Below are positions 36,926 through 46,274 of a DNA stretch of 64,000 nt, one piece after another (the stretch's first letter is position 1; every line of letters starts with the position of its first letter). The position numbers were made by a program, and so were the translations under genes. The stretch is from NCBI GenBank assembly GCA_028284195.1, contig JANQSE010000011.1, positions 18 through 64,017 on the forward strand, written 5' to 3'. The notes beneath the pieces were generated by a model. That model saw only the letters and a program-made list of their open reading frames with translations, did no database searches and was not told the origin of the DNA. This stretch comes from Balneola sp. (GTDB lineage Bacteria > Bacteroidota > Rhodothermia > Balneolales > Balneolaceae).

Positions 36926-39900
36926 TTATTTTTTCAGAGCATCTTCTACCAAAGCTTCCTGTTCGGCATCGTGAACTTTTTTCTGCCCGGCTGCTGTGGA
37001 AGCAGATGCCTGCCGGCCTGCATACGTTAGTTTTTGTCCTCCATTCAGTTTATCCATAATGCGGGGAGCAACAAAAGTCCACGCTCCCATATTCTTGGGT
37101 TCTTCCTGGCACCAAACTATTTCAGTAACATTTTTTAGTTTTTTTAATAAATCAGAAACGTCCTTATCCGGGAAAGGATAGAATTGTTCAAGCCTTGCAA
37201 CTGCTACATCTTTGATGTCATTTTCTGCGCGGTATTTAATAAGATCATAATAAACCTTACCCGAACATATAACCAATCGTTTTGGGTTGGTTACCTCATC
37301 ATCTGCAATAAACGGCTGGAATTTCCCTTCAGCCAGATCAGTAGTATTTGAAGTTGCCATAGGGTGGCGCAGCAGGCTTTTTGGTGTCATTAGAATTACA
37401 GGTTTTTTTACGTCCTGTAGTGTTTGCTTCCTTAGCATATGGAAATACTGCGCGGGAGTAGTCAGATTCATTACCTGCATATTATCTTCAGCACAAAGCT
37501 GCAGGAAGCGTTCTAGCCGGGCCGAAGAATGTTCGGGGCCTTGTCCTTCATACCCATGGGGCAGGTTCAGAATCAGAGAAGTTGTTTGTCTCCACTTTGC
37601 TTCGCTCGAAGAAAGGAACTGATCGATAATGATCTGAGCCCCGTTCACAAAATCACCAAACTGTGCTTCCCAGATGACTAAAGCATCTTTTTGTTGAGCA
37701 CTGTATCCAAACTCAAAGCCCATAGCGGCATATTCGCTCAACAAACTGTTATGAATATGAAAATATCCTTGATCCCCAGACAGGTGGTTCAGCGGAGTAA
37801 ATGTCTGATTGGTTTCCGTGCCATGTAATACAGCGTGGCGGTGAGAAAAGGTGCCTCGTTCCACATCCTGTCCGGTAACTCTAACCGTGGTTCCTGACTT
37901 CAGTAACGAACCAAATGCTAAGGCTTCCGCAAACCCCCAGTCTATTTTGTTTTCATTTTTATCTACAACTTCTGCCCGTTTGGCAAGTAAACGGAGAAGC
38001 TTGGGATTGGCATCAAAGTCTTTTGGAACGGTATTAATTTTTACGGCGATGTCTTTCAACTCATCCGCAGGGTAGGTAGTATCAGGAAACTCCACCCGGT
38101 TTTTCTGGATGGTTTCTGATCGGTCGATCAGATCGTCGGTTATATCGACATTGGGTGACTGTTTAGCGTCTTCAAATGCTTCTTGCAGAAGCTTGTCGAA
38201 CTCATCGAAAATTTGCTGAGTTTCTTCTTCTGATAACTCCCCGTTTTTAACAAGGTACTGCGTGTACAGATCCCTTACCGGTGGATGATTGTTAATTTCT
38301 TTGTACATGTCTGGCTGAGTGAAAGCCGGCTCATCGCCTTCATTATGGCCATGCTTACGATAACCGATTAAGTCAATGATTACATCTTTGCCAAACTTCT
38401 GGCGATACTCAACAGCCATCTGTATAGCGTGAACTGCAGCCTCAGGCTGGTCTCCGTTTACATGAAAAATTGGAGCCAGAATCATCTTTGCCAGGTCTGA
38501 AGCATACTCAGTAGATCGCCCGTCTTTTGGAAGGGTGGTAAAGCCAATCTGGTTGTTGATGATAATATGAACTGTTCCTCCTGTCTTGTATCCCTCAAGC
38601 TGAGACATGTTCAATGTTTCAGGAACAACGCCCTGACCGGCGAATGCCGCATCGCCATGCATTAAAACCGGAAGAATTTTCTTTTCAGCCTCATCGCTTT
38701 CGTGGTGATCCTGCATTGCGCGAACAGCACCTTCTACCACAGGATTAACTGCTTCCAAATGGCTCGGGTTTGGCATTAACTCAAGCTCTACTTCTTTATC
38801 ATCTGGTGTCTTATGCACTCCTTTTGTTCCCAGATGATATTTTACATCACCTGAGCCCTGAATGGATTCGGGGTCAATATTCCCTTCAAATTCGGCGAAT
38901 ACCTTGCGGTATGGTTTGTTCATAATATTTACAAGCATATTCAACCGTCCGCGATGGGCCATGCCAAAGAAGGCTTTTTCTATTCCATTATCAGCTGCTT
39001 TGTTAAGCATAAAATGGATCATCGGAATAAGTGAATCAGCACCTTCCAGAGAAAAGCGCTTATGCCCGATATACTTTTTGTGCAAGAACTCCTCGAAGGC
39101 CATTGCCTGATTCAATTTATGCAGAATCTGCTTTTTGTCATCTTTAGAAAGATCTGCTTGATTAGCTGTAGATTCCATCGCATTGCGTAACCAGCGGCGT
39201 TCTTCCAAATCAAGCAGGTGCATATAGTCAGCACCAATATTTCCGCAGTAAGTGTCTCTCAGCAGTTTAACAATTTCACGAAGCGGTGCTTTTTCTTTAC
39301 CCCCAAAACCGCCGCAATAGAATTCACGATCTAAATCCCAAAGAGAAAGGCCGTAGTATTCGAGATCGAGCTCAGGAACATGTTTAGGATCTTTTCCAAG
39401 TGGATCCAGGTCAGCAAGAACATGCCCTCGCATCCGGTACATGTTGATTAACCTCCACACACCAATGGCCCGTTTGTCATATTGCAGAGAATCAGATTTT
39501 CCACCAAATGGGCCTGAATAGGTATCTGTTGAATAAGGAATGGGCTCGTAAAGAATTTCCAGGTCAGCAAAAATATCTTCGTAGAACGTTTCCTGGCCGG
39601 TTAAAAGGTCGTTGACTTTTTTAAGGAACGAACCCGATTCAGCTCCTTGAATTACCCGGTGGTCATAAGTACAGGTTATCGTCATTACCTTACTGATGCC
39701 CAACTGGTTCAAAATCTCTTTCGACATGGACAAGTATTCTGCCGGATAATCAATAGCTCCGGTTGCGATAATTGCACCCTGTCCCTGCATTAATCGTGGC
39801 ACCGAAGAAACCGTACCAATAGTACCCGGGTTTGTTATGCTGATGGTGGTACCCTGATAATCGTCAATTTCAAGTTTGCCATTCCTGGCTTTATCGATGA

Positions 39901-40549
39901 GCTCTGCATAGGCATGCAGGAACTCTTTAAAGTTCATTTTGTCAACGCCCTTCAGATTCGGTACAACAAGGTTTCTGCTGCCGTCTTTGTTTGGCAGGTC
40001 GATTGCTATTCCCAGGTTAACCTGATTTGAAACAACTTTGAAATGATTATTGCCATCAAAATGATAAGCGTTGTTTAATGAAGGAAATTCTTTTAAAGCT
40101 TTAATGATTGCCCAGGCAATGAAATGAGTAAACGAAGCTTTTGGTTCGTTTCGCTGCAGAAGATGTGTGTTGATGATGGTACGATCTTCAATCAGCATTT
40201 TAACCGGAAGTACTCTCAAAGAAGTAGCAGTAGGTACTTCGAGGCTTTGATCCATATTCTCAACAATCTTGGTAGCAACGCCTTTTATTTTTTCCAGCTC
40301 TGCATTTTTTGGAACCACAGAACTTACTTCCGGCTTTTTCTTTGGGGCAGGTTTGTCTTCTTTAGCTGAAACAGTTGGGGCAACCTGTTCTGCTGCTACG
40401 GTTTCGCCGTTGGTTGAAGCTTTCCCATCGTGTTCATCAAAAAAATTACGCCAATGTTGGGGGACAGAGCTTGGGTTTTCCTGATACTGATTGTAGAGCT
40501 CTTCAACAAGTGCTGAATTGGGCCCGAAAACTTCTTCAAGAGATTTCAA
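36926..40549 (-). CDS. sucA: Multifunctional 2-oxoglutarate dehydrogenase/decarboxylase (Kgd-type E2-E1 fusion)
   Basis: GPNSALVEELY; E2 domain TITNPGTIG...TYDHRVIQG; E1 GMAHRGRLN, ThDP motif HGDAAFAGQG, HSSARLERFLQ. Confidence 0.95.
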   Translation of the reverse strand: MKSLEEVFGPNSALVEELYNQYQENPSSVPQHWRNFFDEHDGKASTNGETVAAEQVAPTVSAKEDKPAPKKKPEVSSVVPKNAELEKIKGVATKIVENMDQSLEVPTATSLRVLPVKMLIEDRTIINTHLLQRNEPKASFTHFIAWAIIKALKEFPSLNNAYHFDGNNHFKVVSNQVNLGIAIDLPNKDGSRNLVVPNLKGVDKMNFKEFLHAYAELIDKARNGKLEIDDYQGTTISITNPGTIGTVSSVPRLMQGQGAIIATGAIDYPAEYLSMSKEILNQLGISKVMTITCTYDHRVIQGAESGSFLKKVNDLLTGQETFYEDIFADLEILYEPIPYSTDTYSGPFGGKSDSLQYDKRAIGVWRLINMYRMRGHVLADLDPLGKDPKHVPELDLEYYGLSLWDLDREFYCGGFGGKEKAPLREIVKLLRDTYCGNIGADYMHLLDLEERRWLRNAMESTANQADLSKDDKKQILHKLNQAMAFEEFLHKKYIGHKRFSLEGADSLIPMIHFMLNKAADNGIEKAFFGMAHRGRLNMLVNIMNKPYRKVFAEFEGNIDPESIQGSGDVKYHLGTKGVHKTPDDKEVELELMPNPSHLEAVNPVVEGAVRAMQDHHESDEAEKKILPVLMHGDAAFAGQGVVPETLNMSQLEGYKTGGTVHIIINNQIGFTTLPKDGRSTEYASDLAKMILAPIFHVNGDQPEAAVHAIQMAVEYRQKFGKDVIIDLIGYRKHGHNEGDEPAFTQPDMYKEINNHPPVRDLYTQYLVKNGELSEEETQQIFDEFDKLLQEAFEDAKQSPNVDITDDLIDRSETIQKNRVEFPDTTYPADELKDIAVKINTVPKDFDANPKLLRLLAKRAEVVDKNENKIDWGFAEALAFGSLLKSGTTVRVTGQDVERGTFSHRHAVLHGTETNQTFTPLNHLSGDQGYFHIHNSLLSEYAAMGFEFGYSAQQKDALVIWEAQFGDFVNGAQIIIDQFLSSSEAKWRQTTSLILNLPHGYEGQGPEHSSARLERFLQLCAEDNMQVMNLTTPAQYFHMLRKQTLQDVKKPVILMTPKSLLRHPMATSNTTDLAEGKFQPFIADDEVTNPKRLVICSGKVYYDLIKYRAENDIKDVAVARLEQFYPFPDKDVSDLLKKLKNVTEIVWCQEEPKNMGAWTFVAPRIMDKLNGGQKLTYAGRQASASTAAGQKKVHDAEQEALVEDALKK

Positions 40550-40797
40550 TGGGGGTTAACCTCGTGCAGATTTTTTGTGCGACTTATAATTACCTGAAAT
40601 TTTGATTCTTAAACCACTATCAATTGGCGATAATTGATTTAAGTAGGACCAAAATTAAGGATTACATTCATAAAAAACGAGGTTTGAATGTGTCAGGTAT
40701 CAAAAAGAAGAGAGAGTCTTTTTGCATAAATAAAAAAGGGTTAAATGATAAATTATTTAATTTATTAGTTGAATAGTTAAGGAGATTGGCTTTTATT

Positions 40798-40907
40798 AAA
40801 AAAAAATAGCCCCACAGAAGCAGGGCATAAGGATACTCGTATGAGCAGAGCCGACAGAGTCTAAAAGACATCTTTGATGTGATAAGACTCTTTTCGAGAT
40901 GAATAAA
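40798..40907 (-). ncRNA. tracrRNA
   Basis: 18-nt anti-repeat at 40887-40904 (ATTCATCTCGAAAAGAGT on the minus strand), then nexus-like hairpin (GUCU-UUU-AGAC), terminator GCCCUGCUUCUGUGGGGC plus U9; TATACT -10-like element at 40910-40915 (minus). Confidence 0.88.
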
Positions 40908-40943
40908 TGAGTATAACCATCTCATTCTTAAAATCAAATTGTC

Positions 40944-43900
40944 ATGAAGAAAATACTGGGAGTAGATTTAGGAGTAGCATCCATAGGTTGGAGCTTACTT
41001 GAAAAAGGAGAAGAAACGGGAAGAATAATTAAAAGCGGTTCAAGGATTTTTCAATCTAATGAACAACGGGCAGACTCAGCACCGGGGAAATCAGCCAAAT
41101 CGGATTGGGGTACAAAACGATCTGTTCGTAGGCAAAGAGATAGAAGAACACGCAGAAAGCAAAAATTATACAATCTGTTATTTAAAAATGGATTGGCACC
41201 TAAAAAAGAACTTCGAGATGAGTGGATAAAACTAAATCCATATTTACTTCGTGCTAAGGGATTGGATGAAGAATTGAGCTTAATTGAATTGGGGAGAGCT
41301 TTTTATCATTTAAATCAACATAGAGGATATAAGAGTAATCGAAAAGACGGAGAAGAAAAAGATGGGCCTGTAAGCAAGGGTATATCAAAAGTTGAAAACT
41401 TAATGAAAGAATATGAAGCCAGAACCTTTGGCGAATATTGCTTTAAGATATTTGAAAACCATTTTGAAGAAAGTAAAAAACCAGTCGATGACGATTGGAG
41501 AATACGAGACAACTATACTCATCGTAGTATGTTTATAGATGAATTCGAAAAGATTTGGGGTGCCCAACAGAAGTTTAATCCAGCTAAACTCAATAATGAT
41601 TTAAAGAAAGAAGTTTTCGATACCATTTTTTTCCAAAGAAAAATGAAAAGTCAAGCTCATCTGATTGGGAAATGTCCTCTTGAAAAAAACAAGAAACGAA
41701 TTCCCAAAGCACATTTACTTTTTCAGGAATTCAGAATTCAAAAAAATCTAAATAACCTTTCTTTGGCCGATGAAAACGGTATTCCAATATCAATGAGTTT
41801 GGAAAACAAGAAAAGTCTCTTTGAATTAATGAACAAGAAAGGTAAAGTTACCTTCACGGCACTTAAAACTGTTTTGGTTAAAGAGGGATTGATTGCAAAT
41901 AAGAACAACGTAGTTTTTAATCTTGAAGCTGGTGGTCGAAAAGAAATTGAAGGGAACAGAACTAATCAAAAGTTGTCAGATGACAAGGCTTTTGGAGAAG
42001 ACTGGTATAAATTAGATAGAGAATTACAGGATTACATTGTGTATGTGCTCATTCACTTTGACGATCCGAACAAGGTTAAAGAGAAAGCTTTGAACGAATG
42101 GAACCGGAACGAAGACCAGGCAATCTATCTCAGTCATCTTGTTCTTGAGAAGAACTATGCGGGTTTTTCTGAGAAAGCCATTAAAAAGCTACTTCCGTTT
42201 TTAAAAAAGGGAATGGAAGAAAGTACAGCTATCGAAGCTGTAGGATATGACTTATTTGATCAAAAGCAGGGTACTCATGATAAGCTTCTTATGCCTCCCG
42301 ATATTAGAAACTCAGTAGTATATCATGCACTTATTGAATTGCGAAAGGTAGTCAACGGGATCATTAGAGAATATGGAATGCCAGACATTATTCGAGTAGA
42401 GCTTACTAGGGATATAAAAGCAGGGTACGAACGGCGGCAGAAGATGACTGAAAAAATGCGGGAGTTAGAGAAGAGAAATGACAAAGCTCGTAAAGAATTA
42501 AAGAAGGCTCCTTTTAACAGGGAAGAACCTACTTATAGTGATATTCTTTGGTACAATCTCTGGCAAGAATGTGATAAAATATGCCCGTATACTGAAAAAT
42601 CTATTCCTGCGTCAGCATTTAATTCAGGAGAATTTCAGGTAGAGCATATCATTCCTTTTAGCCGCTCATTGGATGATTCTTATGCCAATAAAACGTTGTG
42701 TGAAGCCGATTTTAACAGAAAAAAGGGAAATAAAACACCTTGGGAATGTGTACAAGGGCGTTTAATTAGTGAAGATGACCTGCTACAACGAAAACGCCGT
42801 TTGCCCTGGAATAAACAGAAAAAGTTTATCCAGAAAACTACTGAAGAAAACTCTTTTATAAACCGACAGTTAAGTGATACCCGATACATTAGCAGAGAGG
42901 CTAGTTCGTATTTAAAGCAACTTGCATGTGAACGTGTGGAAGTAGTGAAAGGGCAAACGACTTCCCTTCTTCGCCACGTTTGGGGATTGAATGGAGTGTT
43001 AAATAAAGAAGACGAAGAAATGAAAACTCGGGATGATCATCGCCACCACGCTGTTGATGCTATTGTTGTAGCATTGACCTCCCGATCCATTCTAAAGCGT
43101 TTAAGCGATGAAAACAAAAAATTAAGTTTTGATGAATGGAAAAGCATAGAAGAAACAGGCAAGGAGCAATATGAGGAATTGAAACGCAGAGCAGAAGGAA
43201 GGCTTTGGCTAAGCTATCCCTGGCTAAGCTTTAGACAGGATGTGGAGCGAAGCATTAATGATATTACTGTTTCTCATAGGGTAAACAGGAAAGTCTCTGG
43301 AGCTTTGCACGAAGAAACATTTTACGGACCTACGGATGAACCTGCTCCTAAAAATAAAGAAATGATGGTTGTTCGAAAACCTGTACACAAGCTTAAAATA
43401 ACTAAACGCACAAATGATTTAGAAGCTATACGAGATGAAGGAATCAGAAAAATTGTAGACGAAGAGATAAAGAAGAGAGTAGGTACTGGACTTAGTTTAG
43501 AAAATGCGGTAAAGAGCCTGGAAAACGATCCCCCATATATTATTTCACCCAAAGCAAAAGTACCCATTCGTAAAGTGCGCTTATTAATGGAGAAACAACC
43601 TGAAATAATGCATGCTTTCGAAGATGAAACAGGTAAGGTATTTAAGCATGCTTTGTATGGTAGTAACCATCATATAGCTATATATGAAACCTTAGATAAG
43701 AAGGGGCAGCGAAAACAAGTTGGTTTTGTGGTTCCAACTCTAGAAGCTGCCCGAAGAATAAAAGACGGAGAGCCTATCGTTGATAAAACCTATCTACCAA
43801 ATCATACTTTTCTTTTTTCACTTTCTATAAATGATATGATTATAAATCATGAAGACGAAGAAATTTATAGAGTACAGAAAATCACTTCAGATACTCAAAT

Positions 43901-44033
43901 GACTTTTCGTAAAAATGAAGTTTCCTTAAAGGGATCAGTAGATCCAGGTGTATTAAGAAAAATGCCAGGAACTCTAAAAGCAACAAAAATTAAAATTTCT
44001 CCTATTGGAGAAGTTTTCCCGGCCAATGATTAA
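40944..44033 (+). CDS. cas9: Type II-C CRISPR-associated endonuclease Cas9 (compact, 1029 aa)
   Basis: RuvC-I ILGVDLGVASIG; Arg-rich bridge helix; RuvC-II IRVELTRD; HNH QVEHIIPFSRSLDDSYANKTLC...N; RuvC-III RHHAVDA. Confidence 0.97.
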   Translation: MKKILGVDLGVASIGWSLLEKGEETGRIIKSGSRIFQSNEQRADSAPGKSAKSDWGTKRSVRRQRDRRTRRKQKLYNLLFKNGLAPKKELRDEWIKLNPYLLRAKGLDEELSLIELGRAFYHLNQHRGYKSNRKDGEEKDGPVSKGISKVENLMKEYEARTFGEYCFKIFENHFEESKKPVDDDWRIRDNYTHRSMFIDEFEKIWGAQQKFNPAKLNNDLKKEVFDTIFFQRKMKSQAHLIGKCPLEKNKKRIPKAHLLFQEFRIQKNLNNLSLADENGIPISMSLENKKSLFELMNKKGKVTFTALKTVLVKEGLIANKNNVVFNLEAGGRKEIEGNRTNQKLSDDKAFGEDWYKLDRELQDYIVYVLIHFDDPNKVKEKALNEWNRNEDQAIYLSHLVLEKNYAGFSEKAIKKLLPFLKKGMEESTAIEAVGYDLFDQKQGTHDKLLMPPDIRNSVVYHALIELRKVVNGIIREYGMPDIIRVELTRDIKAGYERRQKMTEKMRELEKRNDKARKELKKAPFNREEPTYSDILWYNLWQECDKICPYTEKSIPASAFNSGEFQVEHIIPFSRSLDDSYANKTLCEADFNRKKGNKTPWECVQGRLISEDDLLQRKRRLPWNKQKKFIQKTTEENSFINRQLSDTRYISREASSYLKQLACERVEVVKGQTTSLLRHVWGLNGVLNKEDEEMKTRDDHRHHAVDAIVVALTSRSILKRLSDENKKLSFDEWKSIEETGKEQYEELKRRAEGRLWLSYPWLSFRQDVERSINDITVSHRVNRKVSGALHEETFYGPTDEPAPKNKEMMVVRKPVHKLKITKRTNDLEAIRDEGIRKIVDEEIKKRVGTGLSLENAVKSLENDPPYIISPKAKVPIRKVRLLMEKQPEIMHAFEDETGKVFKHALYGSNHHIAIYETLDKKGQRKQVGFVVPTLEAARRIKDGEPIVDKTYLPNHTFLFSLSINDMIINHEDEEIYRVQKITSDTQMTFRKNEVSLKGSVDPGVLRKMPGTLKATKIKISPIGEVFPAND

Positions 44034-44922
44034 ACGCACGGTTGAAATATCGAGTGGTCCTGTTCATCTTACTATAAAGCATAAACAAATGCTGTTAAAG
44101 AAAGGGGAGGATGTACATTCCATTCCGGTAGAAGATCTAGGATTACTGGTGCTTTCTCATCCTGCCATCAGCTATACCCATCAGCTGCTATATGAGTTGT
44201 TAGAGCAAAATGTAGCTGTGCTTTTTTGTAACCGACAGCATATGCCCGAAGGACTATTGCTTCCTTTCGAGGACAACCAACTTCATCAAGCTCGTTTACA
44301 AATACAGGCAGAGGCAACTAAACCACTAAAAAAGAGACTATGGCAACAAGTTGTAAAGCAGAAAATTAAAGCTCAGTCAACAGTTCTTAAAGAAAAACAT
44401 GGGAATGATGATGGCTTAAAACTATTAATTCCAAAAGTTAAATCAGGTGATCCATCAAATGTGGAGGCAAGAGCTGCAAAACAATATTGGAAGAGTTTAT
44501 TTAAAGACAGCGAATTTCGTCGCAAATATGACTCTCCCGATCTGAATGCATTATTAAATTATGGATATGCGGTGATTCGGGCTGCGGTGGCGAGAAGTTT
44601 AACAGCGGCAGGACTTCATCCATCTATGGGGATTCATCATCATAACCAATACAACCCATATTGTTTAGCCGATGATATGATGGAGCCTTTACGGCCATTG
44701 GTGGATGCTGAGGTATATGATTTGTATGAACACCATAGCACGTTGAAAATTGAAGTAAACAAAAAAACAAAAAAGCCGTTACTCCAGCTTCTTACGAAAG
44801 AGGTTCGAATTAACGGGATGAAGTATCCTTTGTTAGAGAGCCTTCATTTGATGGCTTCATCTCTGGCTCAATGCTATGCCAGAGAAATAAAAAGAATTGA
44901 ATTTCCAACTCAGCCCGGTTAA
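44026..44922 (+). CDS. cas1: CRISPR-associated endonuclease Cas1 (type II)
   Basis: Probable start MIKRTVEIS overlapping the cas9 stop; VEARAAKQYW; LNALLNYGYAVIRA; LHPSMGIHH; LADDMMEPLRP. Confidence 0.96.
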   Translation: MIKRTVEISSGPVHLTIKHKQMLLKKGEDVHSIPVEDLGLLVLSHPAISYTHQLLYELLEQNVAVLFCNRQHMPEGLLLPFEDNQLHQARLQIQAEATKPLKKRLWQQVVKQKIKAQSTVLKEKHGNDDGLKLLIPKVKSGDPSNVEARAAKQYWKSLFKDSEFRRKYDSPDLNALLNYGYAVIRAAVARSLTAAGLHPSMGIHHHNQYNPYCLADDMMEPLRPLVDAEVYDLYEHHSTLKIEVNKKTKKPLLQLLTKEVRINGMKYPLLESLHLMASSLAQCYAREIKRIEFPTQPG

Positions 44923-44924
44923 GC

Positions 44925-45269
44925 ATGAGTAAACGAATGATTACATTTGGAGGGATGAAGACGATGTGGATGATAGTAATGTTTGATTTACCTGTTGATA
45001 CAAAAGCTGCGGTTAAAGAAGCTAATGATTTTAGAATACGGATAAAGAAAGATGGGTTTATGATGATGCAATTGTCTGTATATACCCGACACTGTCCTAG
45101 CCGAGAGAATGCAGATGTACATGAGCGTAGAGTAAAAAAAATCTTGCCCCCTGATGGAGAAGTACGCATTTTGCGCATTACTGATAAGCAGTTCGGAAAT
45201 ATGAAAATATTTCACGGAAAGCGAAGAAAACCCACCGAGAATGCCCCGAAGCAATTACAAATGTTTTAG
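44925..45269 (+). CDS. cas2: CRISPR-associated endoribonuclease Cas2
   Basis: MWMIVMFDLPV; GFMMMQLSVYTR; GEVRILRITDKQF; PKQLQMF. Confidence 0.95.
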   Translation: MSKRMITFGGMKTMWMIVMFDLPVDTKAAVKEANDFRIRIKKDGFMMMQLSVYTRHCPSRENADVHERRVKKILPPDGEVRILRITDKQFGNMKIFHGKRRKPTENAPKQLQMF

Positions 45270-45291
45270 TTTTTGTAGAGTTGGAACTGAA

Positions 45292-45316
45292 CAAGTTCTT
45301 GGGAGCCAAAAACTTG
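45292..45316. terminator. Hairpin in the cas2-array leader (probable terminator)
   Basis: Minus strand CAAGUUUUUGG-CUC-CCAAGAACUUG, 11-bp stem with one G-U pair. Confidence 0.5.
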
Positions 45317-45326
45317 AACAGAACCT

Positions 45327-46219
45327 AATCTAATTCATCTCGAAAAGAGTTCAAACCACAGCAATCCCGTGTTGTAGTTGTCTTCAATTCGGAATCTAAT
45401 TCATCTCGAAAAGAGTTCAAACCACAGCATGTTATCATTTTAGTCCCGTCATTTTAATAATCTAATTCATCTCGAAAAGAGTTCAAACCACAGCATGAGA
45501 TATTACCTGCTTTAATATTATTAGAATCTAATTCATCTCGAAAAGAGTTCAAACCACAGCGAAGTCTGACTGAGAGGTTGCGACTTCAGGAATCTAATTC
45601 ATCTCGAAAAGAGTTCAAACCACAGCCCCTTGTTAGATATTTCTATGATTGTCATAAATCTAATTCATCTCGAAAAGAGTTCAAACCACAGCTGATAAGA
45701 ACTCTGTTTCTATTACCATGACAATCTAATTCATCTCGAAAAGAGTTCAAACCACAGCATCGGCTTCGTTTATTTCATCAATGAGAAAATCTAATTCATC
45801 TCGAAAAGAGTTCAAACCACAGCGATTTCACACAGTTGATCAATGGAGGGTTGAATCTAATTCATCTCGAAAAGAGTTCAAACCACAGCCATCTCCAAAT
45901 AATCTTTAAGCTGCACTAAAATCTAATTCATCTCGAAAAGAGTTCAAACCACAGCAGATAGATTCTACTGGATTAAAGGGTTATAAATCTAATTCATCTC
46001 GAAAAGAGTTCAAACCACAGCAGAGACGGGTCATGCGATTACAGAGAATGAAATCTAATTCATCTCGAAAAGAGTTCAAACCACAGCGAAGTATTATGAT
46101 TAGTCCCATCGTCAATGAATCTAATTCATCTTGATAAGAGTTCAAGCCCCAACACTGTATTGTATTTACTAAATAATAGCGTTAACCTAATTCATCTTAA
46201 TAAGAGATCAAATCCCAAC
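45327..46219 (-). CRISPR. Type II-C CRISPR array: 14 repeats (12 identical, 2 variant) and 13 spacers
   Basis: 36-bp repeat AATCTAATTCATCTCGAAAAGAGTTCAAACCACAGC starting at 45327, 45393, 45459, 45525, 45591, 45657, 45723, 45788, 45854, 45920, 45986, 46052; variants at 46118 and 46184; spacers 30 bp (one 29 bp); crRNA strand deduced from tracr complementarity. Confidence 0.98.
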
Positions 46220-46274
46220 CCCAACCTCCTGTCCAAGTGAATTGGTTAAAATTTAAATAAACATCCATTCTCCT

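Noticed and set aside
40668-40937. 89-aa minus-strand ORF upstream of cas9 (possible anti-CRISPR or regulator)
   Set aside because: It overlaps the tracrRNA and its terminator; composition is non-protein-like.
45561-45590. Spacer 4 has an internal hairpin GAAGTC...GACTTC
   Set aside because: Only 6 bp; no evidence beyond chance.
45429-46117. Spacers 2 and 12 share TTAGTCCC
   Set aside because: Short match with dissimilar flanks; insufficient to infer a common target.
45363-46183. Self-targeting spacers
   Set aside because: No match noticed by eye in the window, including weak similarity of spacer 6 to the tracr region. An exhaustive search could not be run, so no claim is made.
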